Origin: Candidatus Parcubacteria bacterium
Lineage (GTDB): Bacteria; Patescibacteriota; Microgenomatia; UBA12405
Direction: 5' to 3'
Length of the DNA: 64,000 nucleotides
Assembly: GCA_023396915.1 (NCBI GenBank)
Contig: JAEWUV010000007.1
Coordinates: 82,077 to 146,076 of the forward strand
Positions 8,418 to 18,047 of the stretch are shown here, piece after piece. Position numbers and translations under genes: made by a program. Within the stretch, counting starts at the first letter, position 1. Each line of letters starts with the position of its first letter. The notes beneath the pieces are model-generated. The model made no database searches. It was not told the origin of the DNA and saw only the letters and a program-made list of their open reading frames with translations.

Positions 8418-9894
8418 AAAAATAAAATTCTCCAGCTTGATTTTGGTTTTAATTCTTTTATTAGGATCTTTTCTAAGACTTTACAAAATAGGGGACTATA
8501 TGGAGTTTTTAGGCGATCAGGGTCGTGATGTTTATATTATTCGTGATCTTTTCCGTCATGGAAATTTATTTTTTATTGGCCCTCAAACCAGTATTGGCAA
8601 TATGTATCTTGGTCCTTGGTTTTATTATTTAATCGCTCCTTCCCTACTTGTAACTAATTTTAATCCCATTGGTCCGGCTATATTTATTGCTTTGATTAAT
8701 ATTGCCACTATTTATTTTACTTTTTTCGTCGCCAAAAAATGGTTTTCTCAATCAGTTGGATTAATTTCTGCCTTTCTTTTTGCCGCCTCACCGGTTGTTA
8801 TCAAATATTCAAACTTTATTTGGAATCCAAACATTATGCCTTTTTTTGCTCTAGTCTTTATTTATTTCTTTTTTGAAGGTTTATTTAACCATAAATACCA
8901 TTATTTTATTTATGCTTCTCTTGGTTTTATTATGGTTATTAATAGCCATTATTTGGGTTTAGCTTTATTGCTTATACCAGGAATCTATTGGCTAATAGAG
9001 TTAATTAAATTTATAAAAACCAAATCAAAATATCTTAAACCATTTTTAAAAAATACCTTTTTTGCTTTTTTGGTCTTTATTTTATCTTTAGGGCCGCAAA
9101 TTTTATTTGATATCAAACACCAAGGCCAAAATATTAAAGCTTTAATTCACTTTTTTACCTATCGCGAAACCACTGTTAATATTAAGGCTTACAAAGCCAT
9201 CCCCAAGCTTCCCGCTATCTTTAATCAAGTTGGAACCGATTTATTTAGTGGCCGTAATGTCTCTATCGGCTGGATAATTAGTCTCATTTTTACTCTTCTA
9301 ATTGTTTTATTTTTAATTTCTTCATTTAAAAAACGTCAAATTTCTAAACAATTTTTGGTTGTATTTTTCTGGTATTTATCCGGACTGACTGCTCTTTCAC
9401 TTTATAAACAACATATTTACGCTCACTATTTTGCTTTCCTCTTCCCTGCCGGATTCATGCTAATTTCGTTTTTAATCACCAAATTCAAATTTATTGGTAT
9501 CCCTCTTTTAGTTTTAATAACTTATTTTTCTTTTGCCAATAATCCCCTTAAATACCCTTCAAACCATCAAATGGCTACTGTTCAAAAAATAACCAATTCA
9601 ATTATAGAAAAGTCAGATAGCCAAAAATTTAACTTTGCTTTGTTGGCTAAACAAAACTATGATCCGCCTTACAAATATTTTTTGACTCAAAAAGATGAAA
9701 CCAAATTAGTTACTCTTCATCAGGAAATTACCGACCAATTATTTGTAGTGTGTGAAACCTATCAGATAGAATGCAATCCTATCAATAATCCCGAATGGGC
9801 CGTTGCTGCTTTTGGTTGGGCTAAAATTAATCAAGAATGGGAAATCGATGGTATTAAAATTTTCCGCCTTATTCACACTCAGAACGATAAATAG
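8410..9894 (+). CDS. Polytopic membrane GT-C glycosyltransferase, divergent ArnT/PMT_2-like
   Basis: 494 aa with at least 10 TM. The N-terminal loop motif LRLYKIGDYMEFLGDQGRDVYIIRDL...GPWFYYL resembles the first periplasmic loop of the PMT_2 family. Confidence 0.6.
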   Translation: MLKKIKFSSLILVLILLLGSFLRLYKIGDYMEFLGDQGRDVYIIRDLFRHGNLFFIGPQTSIGNMYLGPWFYYLIAPSLLVTNFNPIGPAIFIALINIATIYFTFFVAKKWFSQSVGLISAFLFAASPVVIKYSNFIWNPNIMPFFALVFIYFFFEGLFNHKYHYFIYASLGFIMVINSHYLGLALLLIPGIYWLIELIKFIKTKSKYLKPFLKNTFFAFLVFILSLGPQILFDIKHQGQNIKALIHFFTYRETTVNIKAYKAIPKLPAIFNQVGTDLFSGRNVSIGWIISLIFTLLIVLFLISSFKKRQISKQFLVVFFWYLSGLTALSLYKQHIYAHYFAFLFPAGFMLISFLITKFKFIGIPLLVLITYFSFANNPLKYPSNHQMATVQKITNSIIEKSDSQKFNFALLAKQNYDPPYKYFLTQKDETKLVTLHQEITDQLFVVCETYQIECNPINNPEWAVAAFGWAKINQEWEIDGIKIFRLIHTQNDK

Positions 9895-9908
9895 TTTAAA
9901 ATAGACTA

Positions 9909-10679
9909 ATGAAGACGTCTTTATCCATAGTTATCCCTTGCTACAACGAAGAGAATAACCTTAAAAAGGGAGTCCTAGATGATGTCTACGCTTTTTTAAA
10001 AAAACAATTGTTTGATTGGGAAGTTCTACTTTGCAACGATGAATCCACCGACGATAGCCTCAGTTTATTAAAGAACTTTGCCAAAAACCATAAAAAATTT
10101 CAGGTTTTAAATTTACCTCATGGAGGTAAACCGTCAGCTGTTTGGAGTGGTATTCAAAAAGCTAAATACCCAATAGTCTTATTCACTGATATGGATCAAT
10201 CCACGCCTCTCTCGGAGAGCCTTAAACTCTTGCCTTATTTTGACCAAGGCTATGATTTGGTTATTGGCTCCCGCGGAGCCAATCGTGAAGGCACTTCCGT
10301 GGCTCGTAAAATAATGTCAACCGTTTTTTTGTTTGGCCGTCGTCTTTTTCTACTTCCTAATATTGTTGATACACAATGTGGTTTTAAGGCTATTAAAACT
10401 AATTTAGCCAAAAATATATTTCCTAACCTACAATTTTTCAAAGAAAAAGAAGAGTCAAACGGGTGGCGGGTTTCCGCTTTTGATGTTGAACTTCTTTTTA
10501 TGGCCAAAAAATGGGGTTACAAAATAAAAGAAGTCCCTGTTAAATGGAAAAATGAAGATTCCAGCACTACCAAAGGTAACAATTCAGATCGATTTAAAAA
10601 AGAATCTCAACAAATGGTTAAAGAAATTATTAGAGTTAAATATAACGATCTTCGTGGGCTATATGATCAAGAAAAATAG
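9909..10679 (+). CDS. GT2 glycosyltransferase (Dpm1-like)
   Basis: SIVIPCYNEENNL...CNDESTDDS...FTDMDQSTP. 256 aa. Confidence 0.8.
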   Translation: MKTSLSIVIPCYNEENNLKKGVLDDVYAFLKKQLFDWEVLLCNDESTDDSLSLLKNFAKNHKKFQVLNLPHGGKPSAVWSGIQKAKYPIVLFTDMDQSTPLSESLKLLPYFDQGYDLVIGSRGANREGTSVARKIMSTVFLFGRRLFLLPNIVDTQCGFKAIKTNLAKNIFPNLQFFKEKEESNGWRVSAFDVELLFMAKKWGYKIKEVPVKWKNEDSSTTKGNNSDRFKKESQQMVKEIIRVKYNDLRGLYDQEK

Positions 10680-12189
10680 ATTTTGGCTCAAAATATTACT
10701 CTCTTTAGCCATTATTATTCTTTATTTTTTAATCCGCTTTCAACATCTTGATACTATTCCCGTCTTTGGTGATGAAGCTATTTATATTCGTTGGTCTCAA
10801 ATTATCAAAAATGAAGAAACCTTACGTTTTATTCCTCAAACAGATGGTAAACAACCACTTTTTATGTGGGCTACTGCTATTTTTCTTCGCTTCGTCTCAG
10901 ATCCCCTAATTGCCGGGCGGGCTATTTCAATTTTTTCCGGGTTTTTAACTTTAGTTGGGATTTTCTTTGTTAGTTGTATTCTCATTGATTTTACTATTCC
11001 TTTTAAAAACCCAGTTGAATTTATTAAAGAATCACTAAAAGACAATTTTTCTTATGGTTTTATAAGTGCTCTGCTTTATGTTCTTATTCCTTTTTCTTTT
11101 TTCTTTGATCGTTTGGCTACTGCCGACACCATGCTTTCGATGTTTGGTATTTGGTCAATATTTTTCTCCTTATTATTGGCTAAATTCAGGCGTTTGGACT
11201 TATCTTTAATTCTGGGAACAATTTTAGGTCTTGCCTGGCTAACTAAATCTCCTGCCGTTTATTTTATTGTCCTTTCTTTATTAACCTATTTAACTTTTAA
11301 TCTTCGTCATCTAAAAACTATATTTTTTCCACTAATATCAGCTTTTATTTCATTTTTGATTTACAACATTCTTCGTCTTGGTCCCCAATTCCATATGATT
11401 GCCCTTCGTAATCGTGATTACATCTGGAGTTTGTCAGAAATTATAAAACATCCACTAGATCCTCTCAAACCTCATCTCAGTGATACTTTTACTATTTTTA
11501 GTCAATATATTTCTTGGCCTGTGTTGTTTTTTTCTCTTCTTGGTTTATTTTTCTTTTTTTTCTATCAAAAAAACAAACAACTTTTAGTTATTTTTTCCTG
11601 GTTTTTTCTGCCTTTAATTGCCAACTGTGCTATAAGTAAGGTTTTTACTGCCAGGTATATTCTTTTTGTTTTACCCTCTTTAATAATTTTACTTAGTACC
11701 GGCTTATCGGTCTTTTTCAAAAGCAGTCTTGGTCGTTTAATTTTTGTTTTAATTTTATTAATTCCTAATATTCTTTGGATCAGAAAAGTATCCCTTAACC
11801 CATTTAATATTAACTTACCTTCCACCGAAACAGGTTATCTTTCTGGATGGACTTCAGGTTGGGGAATTAAGCAGGCCAGTCATTATCTAAAAGAAAAAGC
11901 TCTTGAATACAATGTTATTGTTGGTACAGAAGGTTCTTTTGGTACACTCCCTGACGGGCTGCAAATTTATGCCGATCACATTCCTCAGTTAACCATTATT
12001 GGTTATGGTCTTGGATTTACCTCTATTCCTGACGCTTTAACTAACGCTAAAAAATCAGGTGATGAAGTTTATTTACTCATAAATCAGTCACGTCTTTCTT
12101 TAAACTCTGATCAATTAGACAAATTAACCTTGGTCGATAAATATCCAAAACCGGCAAATGATAATTTATTGCTTTACCAATTAAATTAA
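10663..12189 (+). CDS. Polytopic membrane GT-C glycosyltransferase (ArnT/PMT_2-like)
   Basis: The ORF track starts at 10552 inside the upstream GT2. The internal ATG at 10663 (MIKKNRFWLKILL...) gives a 17-nt overlap and a typical N-terminal TM. The FGDEAIYIRWSQ loop carries the DE motif. Confidence 0.65.
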   Translation: MIKKNRFWLKILLSLAIIILYFLIRFQHLDTIPVFGDEAIYIRWSQIIKNEETLRFIPQTDGKQPLFMWATAIFLRFVSDPLIAGRAISIFSGFLTLVGIFFVSCILIDFTIPFKNPVEFIKESLKDNFSYGFISALLYVLIPFSFFFDRLATADTMLSMFGIWSIFFSLLLAKFRRLDLSLILGTILGLAWLTKSPAVYFIVLSLLTYLTFNLRHLKTIFFPLISAFISFLIYNILRLGPQFHMIALRNRDYIWSLSEIIKHPLDPLKPHLSDTFTIFSQYISWPVLFFSLLGLFFFFFYQKNKQLLVIFSWFFLPLIANCAISKVFTARYILFVLPSLIILLSTGLSVFFKSSLGRLIFVLILLIPNILWIRKVSLNPFNINLPSTETGYLSGWTSGWGIKQASHYLKEKALEYNVIVGTEGSFGTLPDGLQIYADHIPQLTIIGYGLGFTSIPDALTNAKKSGDEVYLLINQSRLSLNSDQLDKLTLVDKYPKPANDNLLLYQLN

Positions 12190-12210
12190 TCAAGCCTGAT
12201 ACAATTAGTT

Positions 12211-13977
12211 ATGTTTAAAATCTTTATCAAAAAACATTTTTGGTTTATCTTGTCTCTTCTTTTTATTATTCCGGCAATATTCTTTTTATTTAAACCGGGG
12301 ATTTATTGGAATATGCACGATGATATGCAAATGATTCGTCAATTGGAAATGGAAAAATGCCTCAAAGACGGCCAAATACCTTGTCGTTGGACCCCAGATT
12401 TAGGTTATGGCTATGGTTATCCTTTGTTTAATTTTTATCCCCCAATGCCTTATTTTGTCGGCCAAATTTACCGTACTTTTGGTTTTTCTTTCGTAAATTC
12501 TGTCAAAGCCACTGCTCTTACTCAAATAGTTCTTTCTTCTGTTTTTATGTTTATTCTGGCCGCTTCAATTTTTGGTCCAATTGGTGGTTTTATTGCTTCT
12601 GTTTTTTATACTTACGCTCCTTATCACGCTCTTAATATCTATGTCCGCGGAGCCATGAATGAGGCTTGGGCCGCCGTCTTTTTTCCTTTGGTTTTCTATT
12701 TTTCTCGCTGTTTAGTTTTAGATAAAAAAATCAAAAATCTCTTGGGTTTAAGCTTGTCTTTTGCCGGTATTTTACTGTCACACAACCCTATGGCTCTTAC
12801 TTTTACTCCGATTCTTTTCCTCTGGGTTCTTTTTTGGTTTTTAAAACCTTATTTTTGGTCAACTAAAAAAATAAGGTTTATTCAATTTTTCAAACAACAA
12901 CTTAATTTAATAACTAAGTTAGCTGTTTCCGGTATTTTTGCTCTTGGGTTTACTGCTTTCTATACCTTACCGGTTCTTTTTGAAACTAAATATGTTCAAA
13001 TCGAATCCATGTTTACTGGTTATTATCACTTTTCAGTTCATTTTGCCGGACTTTTTCAACTTTTTATCAGTAATTTTTGGGGAGACGGAGCCTCAGTCTG
13101 GGGCCCAAATGACGATATGTCTTTTATGATTGGTTATCTCCATTGGCTAGTTCCACTAGTTCTATTAATCAGTATTGGTATTTTGTTAGTTAAAAATAAA
13201 CAAAAACTCAAAAAAATGGATTATCGATATTGGTTAGTTTTATTAACTGTACTTCTCGGTTTCGGGGCTGTTTTTATGACTCATAATAAATCAACTTTTG
13301 TCTGGTTCCTTTTCCCTGTTATTCAAAAGATCCAATTCCCTTGGCGTTTTCTTAACCATTCAGCTTTTTTACTTTCTTTTTCATCAGCCGGTATAGTTTT
13401 GTTTTTACAAAAACTTAAACTCCCCAAAAAAGAAATTGTTTCAATCTGTTTAGCAATTCTTGTTTTTGCTCTAAACATTTCCTATTTCCACCCTCTTCAT
13501 TCCGGGCCAATTACAGATGAACAAAAATTCTCCGGCAAAGCCTGGGTCAATCAGGTTACTTCAGGTATTTATGATTATCTTCCTAAAACCGCCCGCATTG
13601 CCGCCCAAGGCCCTGCCAAAGATTATATCGATGAAATTTCTCCAAACACCGCTACTTCAACAATTAGTGATGAACAAAAAGGTAGTAATTGGAGCTATTT
13701 TAATCTTAACCTTTCCCAAGACGCTCAAATTATTTTGGCCCAACTAGCTTTCCCTAAATTTTTGATTACGGATAATGGTAAACAGATTGATTATCAAATT
13801 GAACCAGAACTTGGCCGAATTGTAATTGATTTATCTTCTGGTAATCATCAAATTTTTGTAAAGTTTATTGATACTCCAATTAGAACCGTCTCTAATTATA
13901 TTTCCTTTGCTACTTGGGTTGGGTTGGCAATTTATTTATCACGGAATTTATGGAAGAAATTAATCTTCAAGAAATAA
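12211..13977 (+). CDS. Large polytopic membrane protein, putative GT-C/YfhO-like glycan transferase or polymerase
   Basis: 588 aa with at least 12 TM. N-terminal motif W..DLGYGYGYPLFNFYPPMPY. No soluble catalytic domain. Confidence 0.5.
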   Translation: MFKIFIKKHFWFILSLLFIIPAIFFLFKPGIYWNMHDDMQMIRQLEMEKCLKDGQIPCRWTPDLGYGYGYPLFNFYPPMPYFVGQIYRTFGFSFVNSVKATALTQIVLSSVFMFILAASIFGPIGGFIASVFYTYAPYHALNIYVRGAMNEAWAAVFFPLVFYFSRCLVLDKKIKNLLGLSLSFAGILLSHNPMALTFTPILFLWVLFWFLKPYFWSTKKIRFIQFFKQQLNLITKLAVSGIFALGFTAFYTLPVLFETKYVQIESMFTGYYHFSVHFAGLFQLFISNFWGDGASVWGPNDDMSFMIGYLHWLVPLVLLISIGILLVKNKQKLKKMDYRYWLVLLTVLLGFGAVFMTHNKSTFVWFLFPVIQKIQFPWRFLNHSAFLLSFSSAGIVLFLQKLKLPKKEIVSICLAILVFALNISYFHPLHSGPITDEQKFSGKAWVNQVTSGIYDYLPKTARIAAQGPAKDYIDEISPNTATSTISDEQKGSNWSYFNLNLSQDAQIILAQLAFPKFLITDNGKQIDYQIEPELGRIVIDLSSGNHQIFVKFIDTPIRTVSNYISFATWVGLAIYLSRNLWKKLIFKK

Positions 13978-15404
13978 AACACAAAACTACCAGCAGTGTC
14001 ATTTTTTTATCTCTTCGAAATATTGGTATTCAGGCTATCTCCTTTATTGGCTTTTTTATCCTCACCATTTTATTAGGAACCGGAGAGGTTGGTCTCTTTG
14101 CCATTGTCTCTGAATCTGTTGGAATTCTGGGTTATTTTTCTGATGTTGGTTTGGCTGCCGCTTTAATTCAAAAAAAAGACAAAGTAAAAAAAATAGATCT
14201 CCAAACCACTTTTCTGATTCAACAAGTTTTAGTTTTTTTATGTATTGTTGCCATTGGAATTGCCTTTAAAAATATCAGTCTGGCCAAAGCTTACGGACCA
14301 AAAGAAATGTGGATATTTATTTCTCTTTGTTTCGCTTTTATAAGTGCTTCTCTTAAAACTATCCCATCAGTTTTACTCGAAAGAAAACTTAATTTTAAAG
14401 TTATTTCTACCGTTGATATCAGCGAAAATCTCAGTTTTTATTTAGTGGCGGTTATTTTTGCTTTTTTTGGTTTTGGTGCCTATTCCTATGCCATTGCTAC
14501 TTTTGTTCGCAGTATCGTTGGTTTAATTATGATGTATCGTCTCAACCCATGGCCGATTGGTTTTTCTTTTTCCAAAAAAAGCGTCAAAGAGTTGTTTAAG
14601 TTCGGTATTCCTTATCAATTGAATACATTTATATCTCTGTTTAAAGATCGTCTTTCTAATCTTTTGGTCTTTAGTATAATTGGTCGGGATGGCACCGGTA
14701 TCCTTGCTTGGGCTCAGAAAGGCCCTCGAATTCCTTTAAGCTTTATGGATGCTATCATGAAGGTAACTTTCCCCACCTTTTCTCGTCTTCAAGACCAAAA
14801 AGATATTCTCAAAAAATCATTGGAAAAGAGTATATATTTTATTGCCCTTTTTGTTTTTCCTGCCTCGGTCGGTATCGCCTTAATTGCCCCAAGCTTAATT
14901 AATATTATTCCCAAATATACCAAATGGTTACCGGCTGTTATTCCGCTCTATTTTTATTGTGCCAATGTTGCTATCGCCTCTATTACCAGTCCTCTGACTA
15001 ATGCTTTTAACGCTGTTGGTAAAATCACTACCACTACCAAACTAATGGTTATGTGGACGGTTTTAACTTGGATTCTTTTTCCATGGTTTACCATTAAATA
15101 TGGCTATGTTGGTACCGCCATTGCTACTTTATTAGTTGGTTCAAGTTCTGTAGTTGTTTGGATTTTGGCTAAAAAAATATTTGATGTTAATATCATCAAT
15201 ACAGTTAAACACCCTTTAGCAGCCTCTATCTTAATGCTCGCTTTCATTCTTCTTTTTCAACAAGTCTCACCAAATTATTTAGCCACTTTTATTGGTACTA
15301 TTTTAATCGGTATAACTACTTTTTCTCTTTATAATCTGATTTTTTGTAAAAAAGAAATTATTTGGTTTTGGGATCAACTCAAATGTTTAAAAAACAAAAA
15401 ATAA
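13950..15404 (+). CDS. Wzx-type polysaccharide flippase (MOP superfamily, Polysacc_synt)
   Basis: About 14 TM. N-terminal SLRNIGIQAISFIGFFILTILLGTGEVGLFAIV is typical of Polysacc_synt proteins. The ORF track gives 13914; the ATG at 13950 is used here. Confidence 0.7.
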   Translation: MEEINLQEIKHKTTSSVIFLSLRNIGIQAISFIGFFILTILLGTGEVGLFAIVSESVGILGYFSDVGLAAALIQKKDKVKKIDLQTTFLIQQVLVFLCIVAIGIAFKNISLAKAYGPKEMWIFISLCFAFISASLKTIPSVLLERKLNFKVISTVDISENLSFYLVAVIFAFFGFGAYSYAIATFVRSIVGLIMMYRLNPWPIGFSFSKKSVKELFKFGIPYQLNTFISLFKDRLSNLLVFSIIGRDGTGILAWAQKGPRIPLSFMDAIMKVTFPTFSRLQDQKDILKKSLEKSIYFIALFVFPASVGIALIAPSLINIIPKYTKWLPAVIPLYFYCANVAIASITSPLTNAFNAVGKITTTTKLMVMWTVLTWILFPWFTIKYGYVGTAIATLLVGSSSVVVWILAKKIFDVNIINTVKHPLAASILMLAFILLFQQVSPNYLATFIGTILIGITTFSLYNLIFCKKEIIWFWDQLKCLKNKK

Positions 15405-17092
15405 TTCCACTTTTAATCATAATTATCGGTACTTTTATATTATCTCTTACCATGATTCGTAGTGGTCTAAGTTATAATTTTGGCATTGGTTTTTGGGGTC
15501 CTAATGGCCATGATGGTATTTGGCACCTTAGTCTTATCAATCAACTTCAAGAATCTATCCCACCCCTTAATCCGATTTTTAGTGGTACGATTCTAAATAA
15601 TTACCATTGGGGATTTGATTTAATCGCCGCAATTTTAGGCAAGATTATTAATAATAACGTTTTTGTTTATTTTCAATTTTTGCCTATCTTATTAGGGTTG
15701 GCCTTAGGTTATTTTTCCTATAAATTAGCCAAACAAAACACCAAAAACAAACTCACTCCTATTTTATTTACCTTTTTAATTTATTTTTGTGGCTCTTTCG
15801 GCTGGATTTATACTCTTATCAAATCAGGTCAAATCGGCGGTGAATCACTTTTTTGGTCAATGCAATCCGCATCCACGCTCATAAATCCACCATTCACCTT
15901 ATCACTGATTTTCCTTTTAATCGGCCTAACTATTTGGTCAAAAAATAATGACTCCGCCAAATATCAACTGGCTATAATAAATGGTTTAATCTTTGGACTT
16001 TTAGCCGGAATCAAAGTTTACGCTGGTATTTTAATCGGTCTAACCTTAGTCATTCTATGGTTCTTTCAGCTCTTCAAAACCAAAAAAATTATAAATTACA
16101 CTTCTATTACTTGGTTAACTACTCTTATCACTTCTACACTAATCCTTTTGCTTCTAGGGGTTCTAAGAGGGTCATCTTTGCTTGAATTTAAACCATTTTG
16201 GTTTATTCATTCCATGATTGAATCATTGGATAAATTTTATTTACCCCAAGTTGCCTCTTATCGTTCCAGTCTTTCTCAAAATTTATCCTTAATCAAAATT
16301 CCCTTATTTGTAGGCATAGAAACTATTCTTGTTTTGGCTTTTATTATCGGGAACATGGGCTTACGTTGCTTAGGTTTTGTTACTGTTTTCCAAAAAGCCA
16401 AAAAATATACTTTTACCTCTTTGGAAAAATTAATTTTAATTTTAATGATAATATCCTTTTTAATTCCCCTTCTTTTTGTCCAAAAGGGGACTGCTTGGAA
16501 TACTATTCAGTTTTTCTATTACTTTATTTTCTTTTCCAATCTTTTCTTTGCTCAGTTTTTAACAAATTTTCTTAAAAATAAAAAACCCTTCAAAGTAATT
16601 TTAGTAATTCTTATTTTGATTGTTGCCAATATGACCTCATTTTCTACCATTAAAGATTATTTAGGAAACCCTCCACCTGCCGCTATCTCCATATCGGAAG
16701 TTGAAGCACTTAACTTTCTTAAAAATCAACCCAAGGGCATTGTTTTAACTTATCCCTACGATAAATATTTAAAAAATAATATGTCTACTCCCATCCCTGT
16801 TTATGCTTATGAAACTACTGCCTATGTTTCGGCTTTTTCTAACAAAATTAGCTTTTTGGAGGACGAAATGAATCTCGATATTACCGGTTTTAATTGGCAG
16901 TCTCGTCGTGAACAAGAAATTGAATTTTTTAATACCACCAATGAATTTTTAGCTCGCGGCTTTTTAATCAACAATCAAATAGACTATATTTATTTAGTCA
17001 AAGAACAAAAATTTCAACTCAGTGAATCTCAGCTCCAAATCGCAAAAATCTTTGATAAGAATGGAATCCGCATCTACCAAGTCCAAAGATGA
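15383..17092 (+). CDS. Polytopic membrane protein, candidate glycan polymerase or GT-C
   Basis: About 570 aa, at least 12 TM, motif GPNGHDGIWHLSL. The ORF track gives 15362; the internal ATG at 15383 is used. Confidence 0.45.
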   Translation: MFKKQKIIPLLIIIIGTFILSLTMIRSGLSYNFGIGFWGPNGHDGIWHLSLINQLQESIPPLNPIFSGTILNNYHWGFDLIAAILGKIINNNVFVYFQFLPILLGLALGYFSYKLAKQNTKNKLTPILFTFLIYFCGSFGWIYTLIKSGQIGGESLFWSMQSASTLINPPFTLSLIFLLIGLTIWSKNNDSAKYQLAIINGLIFGLLAGIKVYAGILIGLTLVILWFFQLFKTKKIINYTSITWLTTLITSTLILLLLGVLRGSSLLEFKPFWFIHSMIESLDKFYLPQVASYRSSLSQNLSLIKIPLFVGIETILVLAFIIGNMGLRCLGFVTVFQKAKKYTFTSLEKLILILMIISFLIPLLFVQKGTAWNTIQFFYYFIFFSNLFFAQFLTNFLKNKKPFKVILVILILIVANMTSFSTIKDYLGNPPPAAISISEVEALNFLKNQPKGIVLTYPYDKYLKNNMSTPIPVYAYETTAYVSAFSNKISFLEDEMNLDITGFNWQSRREQEIEFFNTTNEFLARGFLINNQIDYIYLVKEQKFQLSESQLQIAKIFDKNGIRIYQVQR

Positions 17093-17111
17093 TACACTAA
17101 ACATAATAATT

Positions 17112-18047
17112 ATGAAATCTAAACCTAACATCTCGGTTGTTGTTAATGTTCGAAACGAAGCTGAAAATCTGAATAAATGTCTCAAATCGATAGTCGATTT
17201 TGCCGATGAAATTATCGTCGTCGATATGAAATCCAGCGACGATAGTGTTTCTATCGCCAAAAAATACGGTTCCCGTGTTTTTAGTTATCACCCTATGAAA
17301 TTTGTTGAACCAGCCAGAAACTATGCTTTATCCAAAGCCAAAGGCAAATGGATACTTTTACTTGATCCTGACGAATACCTTGGAAAAACTATTAAAAAAG
17401 AACTTAAAAAAATAACCCACCGATCTGATGTTGATTTTGTCAAAATTCCCCGCCAAAATTTTATTTTTGGTAAATGGATTCGGCATGCCAATTGTTGGCC
17501 TGATTACCTTATTCGTTTTTTCAAAAAAGGTGCCGTCACTTGGCAAAACGAAATTCATAGTCAACCGGCTACTAAAGGGAATAGTCTTACTTTACTTGAT
17601 TCGGAAAAATTAGCTATTAAACACAATAATTATCAAAATGTCAGTCAGTTTCTTTTAAGAGCCCTACGCTACAGCAGTATCCAGGCTGATGAGTTAAAAG
17701 CCAAAGATTACAAAATCAAAGTTAGTGATTTTATCCTTAAACCAATCCAAGAATTTAACAGCCGTTTCTTCTTTGCCGAAGGCTACAAAGATGGCCTTCA
17801 CGGTCTCATTTTTTGTTTACTCCAACAATTTGCCATTCTTTTGGTTTATATCAAACTATGGGAAAAACAGGGTTTCAGCGATAAGCAACTTACTTATGAA
17901 TCCTATGTTTCTGCCAGTCAAGAAGCCAATTTTGAATATGATCATTGGTTCACCAAATTCTTCAAAGAAGAATATTCCAAAAACATTTTTAAAAAATTTT
18001 TAATTAAACTTCGCCATTGGTTTAACTATCTGACCAAAAACTTTTAA
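17112..18047 (+). CDS. GT2 glycosyltransferase
   Basis: ISVVVNVRNEAENL...VVDMKSSDDS. The ATG at 17112 follows the stop of the upstream gene; the ORF track gives 17022. Confidence 0.75.
   Translation: MKSKPNISVVVNVRNEAENLNKCLKSIVDFADEIIVVDMKSSDDSVSIAKKYGSRVFSYHPMKFVEPARNYALSKAKGKWILLLDPDEYLGKTIKKELKKITHRSDVDFVKIPRQNFIFGKWIRHANCWPDYLIRFFKKGAVTWQNEIHSQPATKGNSLTLLDSEKLAIKHNNYQNVSQFLLRALRYSSIQADELKAKDYKIKVSDFILKPIQEFNSRFFFAEGYKDGLHGLIFCLLQQFAILLVYIKLWEKQGFSDKQLTYESYVSASQEANFEYDHWFTKFFKEEYSKNIFKKFLIKLRHWFNYLTKNF

Noticed and set aside
10552-10662. Upstream extension of the GT-C ORF into the preceding GT2 gene (ORF-track start 10552)
   Set aside because: It would create a 128-nt overlap and a non-membrane N-terminal extension. 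The internal ATG at 10663 gives a typical short overlap and starts at the first TM helix. Similar trimming was applied at 13950, 15383, 17112, 19765, 22282, 25259, 31240, 39081, 48821 and 56645.
12211-17092. Calling 12211-13977 or 15383-17092 as Wzy polymerase or O-antigen ligase
   Set aside because: Only generic polytopic topology and short motifs are visible. Without profile searches the assignment would be guesswork, so they are left as putative membrane glycan enzymes.
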